This document shows, piece by piece, positions 45,244 through 54,515 of a stretch of 64,000 bases of DNA (positions are counted from its first letter, which is position 1; the number at the start of each line of letters is the position of its first letter). The stretch lies in the NCBI RefSeq assembly GCF_058153355.1, contig NZ_CM177019.1; one strand, 5' to 3'. The notes under the pieces were generated by a model, which saw nothing but the letters and a program-made list of their open reading frames with translations, was not told where the DNA came from and did no database searches. A program made the position numbers and the translations under genes.

Positions 45244-46127
45244 TCCAGAAAGATAAAGCGCGGGTTGATATTTTTGGTGAGCGTTTTCGCACTCGCGCGA
45301 GTCAGTTAACGCCTGGGTTAAGAGCTGTCGCCAGCTACATTAATGAGCATCGTGAAGTGGTACTCGAGCAAACGGCGATGGAAATTGCGGCCACGTTGAA
45401 CACTTCCGATGCCACAGTTATCAGGGCTATACAGGCCCTGGGGTTTGCCGGGCTGCGTGATCTGAAACGCACTCTGGAACAGTGGCTTGGTCCAGCCCTT
45501 AGTTCCAGCGAAAAGATGTCTACGACGGTGAGTAACTTGACGAGCGATGTTAACACCGCAATCGACTTTGTTCTTGAAGGGCATTTGTATACCTGTAATG
45601 TCCTGTCAGAGCCTGAAAACCGCCACGCGCTTGCGCAAGCTGTAGCGTTGTTGGTGCAGGCACGGCAAGTCGCAATTTTTGGCATTGGCGCTTCGGGTAT
45701 TCTGGCGGACTATACCGCACGACTATTCAACCGCATAGGTTTGCCTGCCACGGCACTAAACCGTACGGGTATTGGCCTTGCCGAGCAACTGATCGCGCTT
45801 CAACGTGGCGATGTTCTGATCATGATGGCGCAAAAATCTGCGCACCGGGAAGGGGTGACGACGCTTCGTGAGGCGAGGCGGCTGGGGATCCCTGTTATTT
45901 TGCTGACAAACGCGCTGGATTCACGTTTTAGCAAAGACGCCAGTATCGTGATTCATGTTCCGCGCGGGGATGAAAAAGGGAAAACGCCGCTACATGGTAC
46001 GGTATTGTTGTGTCTGGAAATGATTGTCTGGTCGGTAGCTTCCGCAGTGCCGCAGCGTGCGGTTAAAACCATTAAGCGAATTAACGATTTCCATCGAGGA
46101 CTGAAAACGGGAAGAAAGAATGGCTAA
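45240..46127 (+). CDS. RpiR-family transcriptional regulator (N-terminal HTH_6 + C-terminal SIS sugar-phosphate-binding domain)
   Basis: 295 aa; HTH region (...QTAMEIAATLNTSDATVIRAIQALGFAGLRDLK) followed by a SIS-like fold (VAIFGIGASGILADYTARLFNRIG...); start overlaps the stop of the binding-protein gene. Confidence 0.75.
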   Translation: MIQKDKARVDIFGERFRTRASQLTPGLRAVASYINEHREVVLEQTAMEIAATLNTSDATVIRAIQALGFAGLRDLKRTLEQWLGPALSSSEKMSTTVSNLTSDVNTAIDFVLEGHLYTCNVLSEPENRHALAQAVALLVQARQVAIFGIGASGILADYTARLFNRIGLPATALNRTGIGLAEQLIALQRGDVLIMMAQKSAHREGVTTLREARRLGIPVILLTNALDSRFSKDASIVIHVPRGDEKGKTPLHGTVLLCLEMIVWSVASAVPQRAVKTIKRINDFHRGLKTGRKNG

Positions 46128-46171
46128 TCTGGGCTGAGACCGGTAGCAGCACCGGCCTCTTTTCAGGAATG

Positions 46172-46486
46172 TTAAATCCCCGGTTGCAGAATACGAATAT
46201 TCATCTCCAGCACGTCGCCTTTTACGGCTTCGCTGTACGCCTTCATGTGCGGGGTTTGCAGGTGCGCTTCAAGGTGCGCGATGCTTTCCCACTGCTCAAT
46301 CATCACGATAGAATCCGGTGCCATAGACTGGAAACTCACGCCAGCAGCGCAATCCACCATTGGCGCATAGCCGTGGCAACCTTCTTCTTTCAGTACGGTT
46401 GGAACGATTTTAGCAAACTGATCCAACACTGCCTGACGGTGATGTTGACCTGGACGAGTACGGATTTCTGCGATTACTGTAATCAT
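46172..46486 (-). CDS. ygiN: Quinol monooxygenase (ABM domain)
   Basis: 104 aa, MITVIAEIRTRPGQHHRQAVLDQFAKIVPTVLKEEGCHGYAPMVD... Confidence 0.92.
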   Translation of the reverse strand: MITVIAEIRTRPGQHHRQAVLDQFAKIVPTVLKEEGCHGYAPMVDCAAGVSFQSMAPDSIVMIEQWESIAHLEAHLQTPHMKAYSEAVKGDVLEMNIRILQPGI

Positions 46487-46516
46487 GGTTAACTCCTTCT
46501 AAAGCCAGAGCTCTAG

Positions 46517-47098
46517 TTAACCAAAAATTTCCACAAGATGCTTGCGATATTCTTCAGTATAGCGGGGAACATCAGGCATTTTTATCACGTCATTAGCGAT
46601 AAATGTCGGCAGCGGTTCCATACCAAGGAATTGGTTTGCTTTATGGAATGGTAGATACACACCGTCAACGCCAACCCCGTGGAAGAACTGATCTTTTTCG
46701 GTGAAAGCTTCCATTGGTGCGTTCCAGGTCAGGGAAAGCATATATTTTTTACCTTGTACCAGACCGCCAGAACCGTATTTTTTCGACGGATCTTTGCGGG
46801 TACGACCATCGCTGGCATACAGCGTACCGTGACCTTCGGTGAATACATCATCAATGTATTTTTTCACCGTCCACGGCGCGCCCATCCACCAGCCTGGCAT
46901 CTGCCAGATCACCACATCAGCCCAGAGAAAGTTTTGTACTTCCGCTTTGACATCGTAGTCGCTGTCGGCGCGAACGATGCGGACATCATGCCCGAGGTCG
47001 CGCAGCGTGCCATCCGCGACTTCGGTCAGGGTGTCGTTCAGTTGACCATTGGAGTGGGCGAATTTTTTCGCGCCGTTGATAATCAGGATGTTGCTCAT
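46517..47098 (-). CDS. mdaB: NADPH:quinone oxidoreductase MdaB
   Basis: 193 aa, MSNILIINGAKKFAHSNGQLNDTL... Confidence 0.92.
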   Translation of the reverse strand: MSNILIINGAKKFAHSNGQLNDTLTEVADGTLRDLGHDVRIVRADSDYDVKAEVQNFLWADVVIWQMPGWWMGAPWTVKKYIDDVFTEGHGTLYASDGRTRKDPSKKYGSGGLVQGKKYMLSLTWNAPMEAFTEKDQFFHGVGVDGVYLPFHKANQFLGMEPLPTFIANDVIKMPDVPRYTEEYRKHLVEIFG

Positions 47099-47159
47099 TT
47101 TTTAACCTCAAGGTGAGACGTTTGCCGACTATAGTACGTCACAGAGCGGTACGGTGAAA

Positions 47160-47180
47160 TTAGCAAAATGTGCAAAGTCT
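47160..47180. promoter_or_regulatory. Candidate mar/sox/rob-type box upstream of mdaB
   Basis: Reverse complement contains GCACATTTTGCTAATT (GCAC-N5-GCTAAT), resembling the marbox consensus; flanked by duplicated AATTAGCAAAA motifs at 47158-47170 and 47187-47199. Confidence 0.35.
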
Positions 47181-47360
47181 TTTGCGAATTTAGCAAAAGT
47201 CTGATCTTGCTCCGATTCACCGATGCAGGATAAATATTTTCTGAAAATGACAATACTGATAGCCATTCCTCATAATTCCTACTCGCACCGGATTAATTTA
47301 CAGGTTTGGTTCGGTTTTTTGGGGATTAAAAATATGGCGTTGGATAAGTAAAAATGAAAA

Positions 47361-47381
47361 TATCAACGCGTCACGTTGATA
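47361..47381. promoter_or_regulatory. Perfect 8-bp inverted repeat TATCAACG-N5-CGTTGATA upstream of ygiZ (candidate operator)
   Basis: Seen directly in sequence, 34 nt upstream of the ygiZ start. Confidence 0.4.
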
Positions 47382-47414
47382 ATTATAAATGGATTTTTAT
47401 GAGCGTGCTAACAT

Positions 47415-47744
47415 ATGTTAAAGCATAAAATTCAAACAATATTTGAAGCTCTGTTATATATAATGCTTACTTATTGGTTAATAGATGCTTTTTTTGCATT
47501 CAATAAGTATGACTGGATGCTTGAGTCGGGAGACAATATTTGCAGTATACCTTCCGTTTCAGGCGAAGATCGTATATTGCAAACAATGATTGCAGCATTT
47601 TTTCTTCTGACGCCACTTATTATTATCTTAAGAAAACTCTTTGTGCGAGAAATGTTTGAGTTTTGGTTATATGTAATCTCGCTCGTTATTTGTTTGGTTT
47701 GTGGTTGGTGGCTTTTTTGGGGACGGTTTATATTTTGCTATTAA
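47415..47744 (+). CDS. ygiZ: Small inner-membrane protein
   Basis: 109-110 aa with three hydrophobic helices; position between mdaB and qseC. Confidence 0.8.
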   Translation: MLKHKIQTIFEALLYIMLTYWLIDAFFAFNKYDWMLESGDNICSIPSVSGEDRILQTMIAAFFLLTPLIIILRKLFVREMFEFWLYVISLVICLVCGWWLFWGRFIFCY

Positions 47745-47789
47745 TAAAATCTATGAGAGTCGTTTTAACGGCTCTCATAGACAGAGAAG

Positions 47790-49139
47790 TTACCAGCTTA
47801 CTTTCGCCTCAAATCCACCTTGTTCCGCATTCCCAAACTCAACATTCATGCCATGCAGCTTGGCGATTCGCTGGACAATTGAAAGCCCAAGTCCACTGCC
47901 GGTAGCGGTTTGTCCGGGTGGGCGATAGAAGCGTTCGCCAATTCTCGCCAGTGCCTCTGGTGTCACACCGGGGCCGTTATCCCTCACGATGAAATTATCG
48001 GCATTCAGCGTGACGTCCACCACGCTACCTTGTGGACTGTAGCGCACGGCGTTATCCAGCAAATTTCGCACCAACAAACTTAGCAATAGCGGTTGTCCGG
48101 TGCGTTTGATGCCGTGGGCATTGAGTGTCAGTCGCACGTCAATTTTCGCTTGCTGCGCCGTGTGGTAAATATCCATCACCGACGATTGCAGGAGATCTTC
48201 AAGCGGGATCTCCGCGACGTCCTGAAGGTTATCCAGTGAGTCCAGCCGCGATAGCGTGAGCAGTTGATCAACCAGACGAGTAGCACGATCGATTCCGGAA
48301 TGTAATTGAAGCAGCGCTTTTTTCCGCGCCTGCGGATCATCGTCAGAGAGCTGCGCAACTTCGGTTTGCACTTTCAGCGCCGTTAACGGGCTACGAAGTT
48401 CGTGAGCTGCGTCGGAGGTAAAGCGTCGTTCACGAACCATCATCGCATGTGTGCGGGCGAACAGTTGATTCAACGACTCAACCAGTGGACGCACTTCGCT
48501 GGGTACGCCCGTCGCGTTTAGTGGTTTTTCCGAGTCAGGGTCACGCATACGTAGTGCCAGCGCCAGTTTGTTCAGCGGCGCGAGTTCTCGTCCCAATAGT
48601 ACCATCATAATGATTAACATAATCGGCAGTGCGACCAGCCACGGGATCAATTGCCCGGCAACAATCGCCAGCGCCATGTCTTCACGGTATTCCCATTCCT
48701 GACCAACAACGATGCGATATTTGCCATCAGGTGAGGTCATCCAGACAAAACGCCAGGGATCGTCTTCACCGACCAGTTGCCCGTCAGCAAAACCTTCCCG
48801 TTGATAGCTATAGGGAATATCTTCTCCGTTATCGCCATCGTTAAGGACCATTCTGCCGTCGTGGGTAAAGATGGCAAAGGTCAGCGCATCGTCATCAACA
48901 TGACCGTGTTTTAATTTATTTGGCGTCTGTGCCATGCGATCCGCCGCGTTGATTTCGTTGAGATCGAGCGTACTTAACCGTTTGGCAAACAGCATCAGTT
49001 GGGTGTCGAACAACTCATCGACGTTATCCGTTGTTTGTTTCCAGGCGACAAAGCTGGAAAGCAGCCAGGTCACCGAGGCCAGAATTAAAAAGATTAGCGT
49101 CAGCCTGACTCGCAGACTAAGACGTTGGGTAAATTTCAT
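47790..49139 (-). CDS. qseC: Sensor histidine kinase QseC
   Basis: 449 aa; two transmembrane helices, H-box [10 protein letters not shown], HATPase_c. Confidence 0.93.
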   Translation of the reverse strand: MKFTQRLSLRVRLTLIFLILASVTWLLSSFVAWKQTTDNVDELFDTQLMLFAKRLSTLDLNEINAADRMAQTPNKLKHGHVDDDALTFAIFTHDGRMVLNDGDNGEDIPYSYQREGFADGQLVGEDDPWRFVWMTSPDGKYRIVVGQEWEYREDMALAIVAGQLIPWLVALPIMLIIMMVLLGRELAPLNKLALALRMRDPDSEKPLNATGVPSEVRPLVESLNQLFARTHAMMVRERRFTSDAAHELRSPLTALKVQTEVAQLSDDDPQARKKALLQLHSGIDRATRLVDQLLTLSRLDSLDNLQDVAEIPLEDLLQSSVMDIYHTAQQAKIDVRLTLNAHGIKRTGQPLLLSLLVRNLLDNAVRYSPQGSVVDVTLNADNFIVRDNGPGVTPEALARIGERFYRPPGQTATGSGLGLSIVQRIAKLHGMNVEFGNAEQGGFEAKVSW

Positions 49140-49795
49140 TTCTCACCTAATGTGTAGCCAATACCATGCACGGTACGAATAAAATCACTACCGAGTTTGC
49201 GTCGCAGATGATGCACATGCACTTCAACGGCATTACTGGTGACCTCTTCGTCCCAGGTATACAGTTTCTCTTCAATCAGTTTGCGCGGCAGTACTCGACC
49301 AGCGTTACGCATCAGTAATTCCAGCAGGGCAAATTCTTTTGGTTTCAGCGTTAAGGGTTCGCCAGCCAGCGTGGCGATACGTTTGCCGGGGTCGAGCATG
49401 ACGTTGCCGTGGCGCAGCTCGTTGCTGGCCTGGCCGTTGGTTCGGCGCATCAGAGCTTCCAGCCTGGCGGCGACTTCTATCAACGCAAAAGGTTTACACA
49501 GATAATCGTCAGCTCCCAGACGCAGCCCTTCTACACGTTCCGCCAGCGCATCGCGCGCAGTCAGGATTAATACCGGCTCACGCTGACCTTTTTCTCGCCA
49601 TTCGCGCAAAATATCGCGACCATCCATGCCCGGTAAGGTTAAATCCAGGATTACCGCATCATAAGGTGCGCTATATAGCGCCTCTTTTCCCTGACGACCT
49701 TGTGTAAACCAGTCGACGCTAAAACCCATTTTACTAAGGCCCGTTTTGATGCCGTCGCCAATCAGCATGTCATCTTCTATCAGTAAAATTCGCAT
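49136..49795 (-). CDS. qseB: Response regulator QseB (OmpR family)
   Basis: 219 aa; [15 protein letters not shown]...; stop overlaps the qseC start. Confidence 0.93.
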   Translation of the reverse strand: MRILLIEDDMLIGDGIKTGLSKMGFSVDWFTQGRQGKEALYSAPYDAVILDLTLPGMDGRDILREWREKGQREPVLILTARDALAERVEGLRLGADDYLCKPFALIEVAARLEALMRRTNGQASNELRHGNVMLDPGKRIATLAGEPLTLKPKEFALLELLMRNAGRVLPRKLIEEKLYTWDEEVTSNAVEVHVHHLRRKLGSDFIRTVHGIGYTLGEK

Positions 49796-49946
49796 TTTTT
49801 CATCCCTGCGATAACCATATTTGCTGCCAGTAAACCGTGTTGTAACGCGCTCTGTACAGCACTAAATTTTATTTTTTTCCCTTAAGAAGTTGTTAAGGAC
49901 TATCTTGTTAAATGCTCGAAAACAGACATTAAAGGGAGTAATAAAC

Positions 49947-50339
49947 ATGAAAAAATTCGCAGCAGTAATCGCAGTAATGGCCCTGTGCAGTGCACCGGTG
50001 ATGGCAGCAGAGCAGGGCGGTTTTTCTGGTCCATCGGCAACACAAAGTCAGGCCGGAGGATTCCAGGGGCCGAATGGCAGCGTAACGACCGTAGAAAGCG
50101 CAAAATCCCTGCGTGATGACACCTGGGTCACCCTGCGCGGCAATATCGTTGAACGTATCTCTGACGATCTCTACGTGTTCAAAGATGCCAGCGGTACTAT
50201 CAATGTTGATATCGACCACAAACGCTGGAACGGCGTGACGGTGACCCCGAAAGATACCGTTGAGATTCAGGGTGAAGTCGATAAAGACTGGAACTCTGTT
50301 GAAATTGACGTCAAACAGATCCGCAAAGTAAATCCGTAA
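49947..50339 (+). CDS. ygiW: Periplasmic OB-fold (BOF/YgiW family) stress protein
   Basis: 130 aa from MKKFAAVIAVMALCSAPVMAAEQGGF... Confidence 0.88.
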   Translation: MKKFAAVIAVMALCSAPVMAAEQGGFSGPSATQSQAGGFQGPNGSVTTVESAKSLRDDTWVTLRGNIVERISDDLYVFKDASGTINVDIDHKRWNGVTVTPKDTVEIQGEVDKDWNSVEIDVKQIRKVNP

Positions 50340-50391
50340 TTGTTAGCGCTCCCGGGACACGTTCCCGGGAATAATTTCGCAGGGAGGCAAA

Positions 50392-50874
50392 ATGAAAAAC
50401 CTGACACTGGATGTAAATATTATCGATTTCCCATCAATCCCTGTGGCGATGTTGCCACATCGCTGTAGCCCTGAATTGCTCAACTACAGCGTGGCGAAAT
50501 TTATCATGTGGCGTAAAGAAACGGGGCTTTCTCCTGTTAACCAAAGCCAGACTTTTGGTGTCGCCTGGGATGACCCTGCCACCACCGTACCGGAAGCGTT
50601 TCGCTTTGATATCTGCGGCAGCGTTAACGAACCGATTCCCGATAATCGTTATGGCGTGAGTAATGGTGAACTTACCGGGGGACGTTATGCCGTGGCCCGC
50701 CACGTTGGCGAGCTGGACGATATTTCACATACGGTATGGGGCATCATTCGCCACTGGCTGCCTGCAAGCGGCGAGAAAATGCGTAAAGCACCGATTCTGT
50801 TTCACTACACCAATCTTGCCGAAGGGGTAACAGAGCAGCGACTGGAAACGGATGTTTATGTGCCGTTGGCGTGA
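50392..50874 (+). CDS. ygiV: GyrI-like domain transcriptional regulator
   Basis: 160 aa. Confidence 0.85.
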   Translation: MKNLTLDVNIIDFPSIPVAMLPHRCSPELLNYSVAKFIMWRKETGLSPVNQSQTFGVAWDDPATTVPEAFRFDICGSVNEPIPDNRYGVSNGELTGGRYAVARHVGELDDISHTVWGIIRHWLPASGEKMRKAPILFHYTNLAEGVTEQRLETDVYVPLA

Positions 50875-51211
50875 TGAAGAATCTTTACCGGAGTGTGAGC
50901 CAAATCACTCGCTATCAGTTTAAGTTAACGATGCCACAGGCGTATTGTTGTCCGCTCAGACTCTGACGGCACAGGATTTTGTCCTTCCACACAGAAACCG
51001 CCATTGGCGGTTTTCCGCTGCATAATCCGCAGGATTATGTCTACAGCAAAGAGTTGTATATCAAGGCACATTGATGCCTTTATCGCCGTCGGAGCACGTC
51101 CGGCGGCGCTATTCACGCTGATCTCCTGTGACTCGACGCGGCAGATAATGTAGTATCTCCGGCAATATTGCCCCTTTGAAGGCTGGCGAATAAGTTGAGG
51201 AATCAGAATTA

Positions 51212-53470
51212 ATGAGCGATATGGCAGAGCGCCTTGCGCTACATGAATTTACGGAAAACGCCTACTTAAATTACTCCATGTACGTAATCATGGACCGTGC
51301 GTTGCCGTTTATTGGTGATGGTCTGAAACCTGTTCAGCGCCGCATTGTGTATGCGATGTCTGAGCTGGGCCTGAATGCCAGCGCCAAATTTAAAAAATCG
51401 GCCCGTACCGTCGGTGACGTACTGGGTAAATACCATCCGCACGGCGATAGCGCTTGTTATGAAGCGATGGTCCTGATGGCGCAGCCGTTCTCTTACCGTT
51501 ATCCGCTGGTTGATGGTCAGGGGAACTGGGGCGCGCCGGACGATCCGAAATCGTTCGCAGCAATGCGTTACACCGAATCCCGGTTGTCGAAATATTCCGA
51601 GCTGCTATTGAGCGAGCTGGGGCAGGGGACGGCTGACTGGGTGCCAAACTTCGACGGCACTTTGCAGGAGCCGAAAATGCTACCTGCCCGTTTGCCGAAC
51701 ATTTTGCTTAACGGCACCACCGGTATTGCCGTCGGTATGGCGACCGATATTCCACCGCATAACCTGCGTGAAGTGGCTCAGGCAGCAATCGCGTTAATCG
51801 ACCAGCCGAAAACCACGCTCGACCAGCTGCTGGATATCGTGCAGGGGCCGGATTATCCGACCGAAGCGGAAATCATCACCTCGCGTGCCGAGATCCGTAA
51901 AATCTACGAAAATGGTCGCGGTTCTGTGCGTATGCGCGCGGTGTGGAAGAAAGAAGACGGTGCGGTGGTTATCAGCGCATTGCCGCATCAGGTTTCTGGT
52001 GCGCGCGTACTGGAGCAAATTGCTGCGCAAATGCGCAACAAAAAGCTGCCGATGGTTGACGATCTGCGCGATGAGTCTGACCACGAGAACCCGACCCGTC
52101 TGGTGATTGTGCCGCGTTCCAACCGCGTGGATATGGATCAGGTGATGAATCACCTTTTCGCCACCACCGATCTGGAAAAGAGCTATCGTATTAACCTCAA
52201 TATGATCGGTCTGGATGGGCGTCCGGCGGTGAAAAACCTGCTGGAAATTCTCTCCGAATGGCTGGTGTTCCGCCGCGATACCGTGCGCCGCCGACTGAAC
52301 TATCGTCTGGAGAAAGTCCTCAAGCGCCTGCATATCCTTGAAGGTTTGCTGGTGGCGTTTCTCAATATCGACGAAGTGATTGAGATCATTCGCAATGAAG
52401 ATGAACCGAAACCGGCGCTGATGTCGCGGTTTGGCCTTACGGAAACCCAGGCGGAAGCGATCCTCGAATTGAAACTGCGTCATCTTGCCAAACTGGAAGA
52501 GATGAAGATTCGCGGTGAGCAGAGTGAGCTGGAAAAAGAGCGCGACCAGTTGCAGGGCATTCTGGCGTCCGAGCGTAAAATGAATAACCTGCTGAAGAAA
52601 GAACTGCAGGCAGACGCGCAAGCCTACGGTGACGATCGTCGTTCGCCGTTGCAGGAACGCGAAGAAGCGAAAGCGATGAGTGAGCACGACATGCTGCCGT
52701 CGGAACCCGTCACCATTGTGCTGTCGCAGATGGGCTGGGTACGCAGCGCTAAAGGCCATGACATCGACGCGCCGGGCCTGAATTATAAAGCGGGTGATAG
52801 TTTCAAAGCAGCGGTGAAAGGTAAGAGCAACCAACCGGTAGTGTTTGTTGACTCCACCGGTCGTAGCTATGCTATCGACCCGATTACGCTGCCGTCGGCG
52901 CGTGGTCAGGGCGAACCGCTCACCGGCAAATTAACGTTGCCGCCTGGGGCGACCGTTGACCATATGCTGATGGAAAGCGACGATCAGAAACTGCTGATGG
53001 CTTCCGATGCGGGTTACGGTTTCGTCTGTACCTTTAACGATCTGGTGGCGCGTAACCGTGCAGGTAAGGCTTTGATCACCTTACCGGAAAATGCCCATGT
53101 TATGCCGCCGGTGGTGATTGAAGATGCTTCCGATATGCTGCTGGCAATCACTCAGGCAGGCCGTATGTTGATGTTCCCGGTAAGCGATCTGCCGCAGTTG
53201 TCGAAGGGTAAAGGCAACAAGATTATCAACATTCCGTCGGCAGAAGCCGCGCGTGGCGAGGATGGTCTGGCGCAACTGTACGTTCTGCCGCCGCAAAGCA
53301 CGCTGACCATTCATGTTGGGAAACGCAAAATTAAACTGCGTCCGGAAGAGCTACAGAAAGTCACTGGCGAACGTGGACGCCGCGGTACGTTGATGCGCGG
53401 TTTGCAGCGTATCGATCGTGTCGAGATCGACTCTCCTCGCCGCACCAGCAGCGGCGATAGCGAAGAGTAG
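51212..53470 (+). CDS. parC: DNA topoisomerase IV subunit A
   Basis: 752 aa; [49 protein letters not shown]... Confidence 0.96.
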
Positions 53471-53703
53471 TATGCCGGGGAGGGTATTGCTTCCTCCCGC
53501 TTGCAAGGAACGCCGGATGAAACGTTAAGTCGTCATCCGGCAGCATATTCAACCCCCGGAAACGATAAAAATTCCCTTGAAACCGTTGTTTATTCATGCG
53601 TTGCGATTAACAATACGCTTTTCCAGAGAGCGGCTTTTAACAATGCCCTAACCTGATTTCAGGTGACGTACAATGCCAGTCTCTCAGACCTTCAGAGGGT
53701 GTT

Positions 53704-54441
53704 ATGCTATATATCTTTCGTCTTATTATTACCGTGATTTACAGCATCTTAGTCTGTGTATTCGGCTCCATTTACTGCCTTTTCAGCCCGCGTAACCCGA
53801 AACATGTAGCCACCTTTGGGCATATGTTTGGTCGTCTTGCGCCGCTGTTCGGCCTGAAAGTTGAGTGTCGCAAACCTGCAGATGCTGAAAGCTACGGCAA
53901 TGCTATTTATATTGCTAACCACCAGAACAACTATGACATGGTGACAGCATCGAACATCGTGCAACCGCCGACGGTGACGGTAGGTAAAAAGAGTTTGCTG
54001 TGGATCCCCTTCTTTGGTCAGTTGTACTGGCTAACCGGCAACTTATTGATCGACAGAAATAACCGCACTAAAGCTCACGGCACCATTGCAGAAGTAGTGA
54101 ATCACTTCAAAAAACGCCGTATTTCCATCTGGATGTTCCCGGAAGGTACCCGCAGCCGTGGTCGCGGCCTGCTGCCGTTCAAGACCGGAGCATTTCACGC
54201 GGCAATTGCGGCAGGCGTCCCGATTATTCCCGTGTGCGTCTCTACAACTTCGAATAAGATTAATCTTAATCGACTGCACAATGGCTTGGTGATTGTCGAA
54301 ATGCTGCCGCCAATTGACGTGAGTCAGTATGGTAAAGACCAGGTTCGCGAGTTGGCTGCCCATTGTCGTTCGATAATGGAACAAAAAATCGCTGAGCTCG
54401 ATAAAGAAGTCGCAGAGCGCGAAGCCGCCGGAAAAGTTTAA
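53704..54441 (+). CDS. plsC: 1-acyl-sn-glycerol-3-phosphate acyltransferase
   Basis: 245 aa; NHQNNYD acyltransferase motif. Confidence 0.93.
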   Translation: MLYIFRLIITVIYSILVCVFGSIYCLFSPRNPKHVATFGHMFGRLAPLFGLKVECRKPADAESYGNAIYIANHQNNYDMVTASNIVQPPTVTVGKKSLLWIPFFGQLYWLTGNLLIDRNNRTKAHGTIAEVVNHFKKRRISIWMFPEGTRSRGRGLLPFKTGAFHAAIAAGVPIIPVCVSTTSNKINLNRLHNGLVIVEMLPPIDVSQYGKDQVRELAAHCRSIMEQKIAELDKEVAEREAAGKV

Positions 54442-54515
54442 GTCGGCAATCTGTATTTTTGCGGGGAACACTTTCCTGCACGGTATTACTTTAGCCAGTT
54501 TTACATGGAGCAAAT

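Noticed and set aside
38872-46171. Direct repeats, integrase or tRNA at the island borders (genomic-island hallmarks)
   Set aside because: No integrase, tRNA or flanking direct repeats were found; both ends carry terminator-like hairpins only. The mechanism of acquisition is unresolved, so the region is reported as an island but not as a mobile element.
51794-52834. 346-aa ORF on the minus strand inside parC
   Set aside because: Antisense to parC; no ribosome-binding site; His/Arg/Phe-rich translation characteristic of antisense frames.
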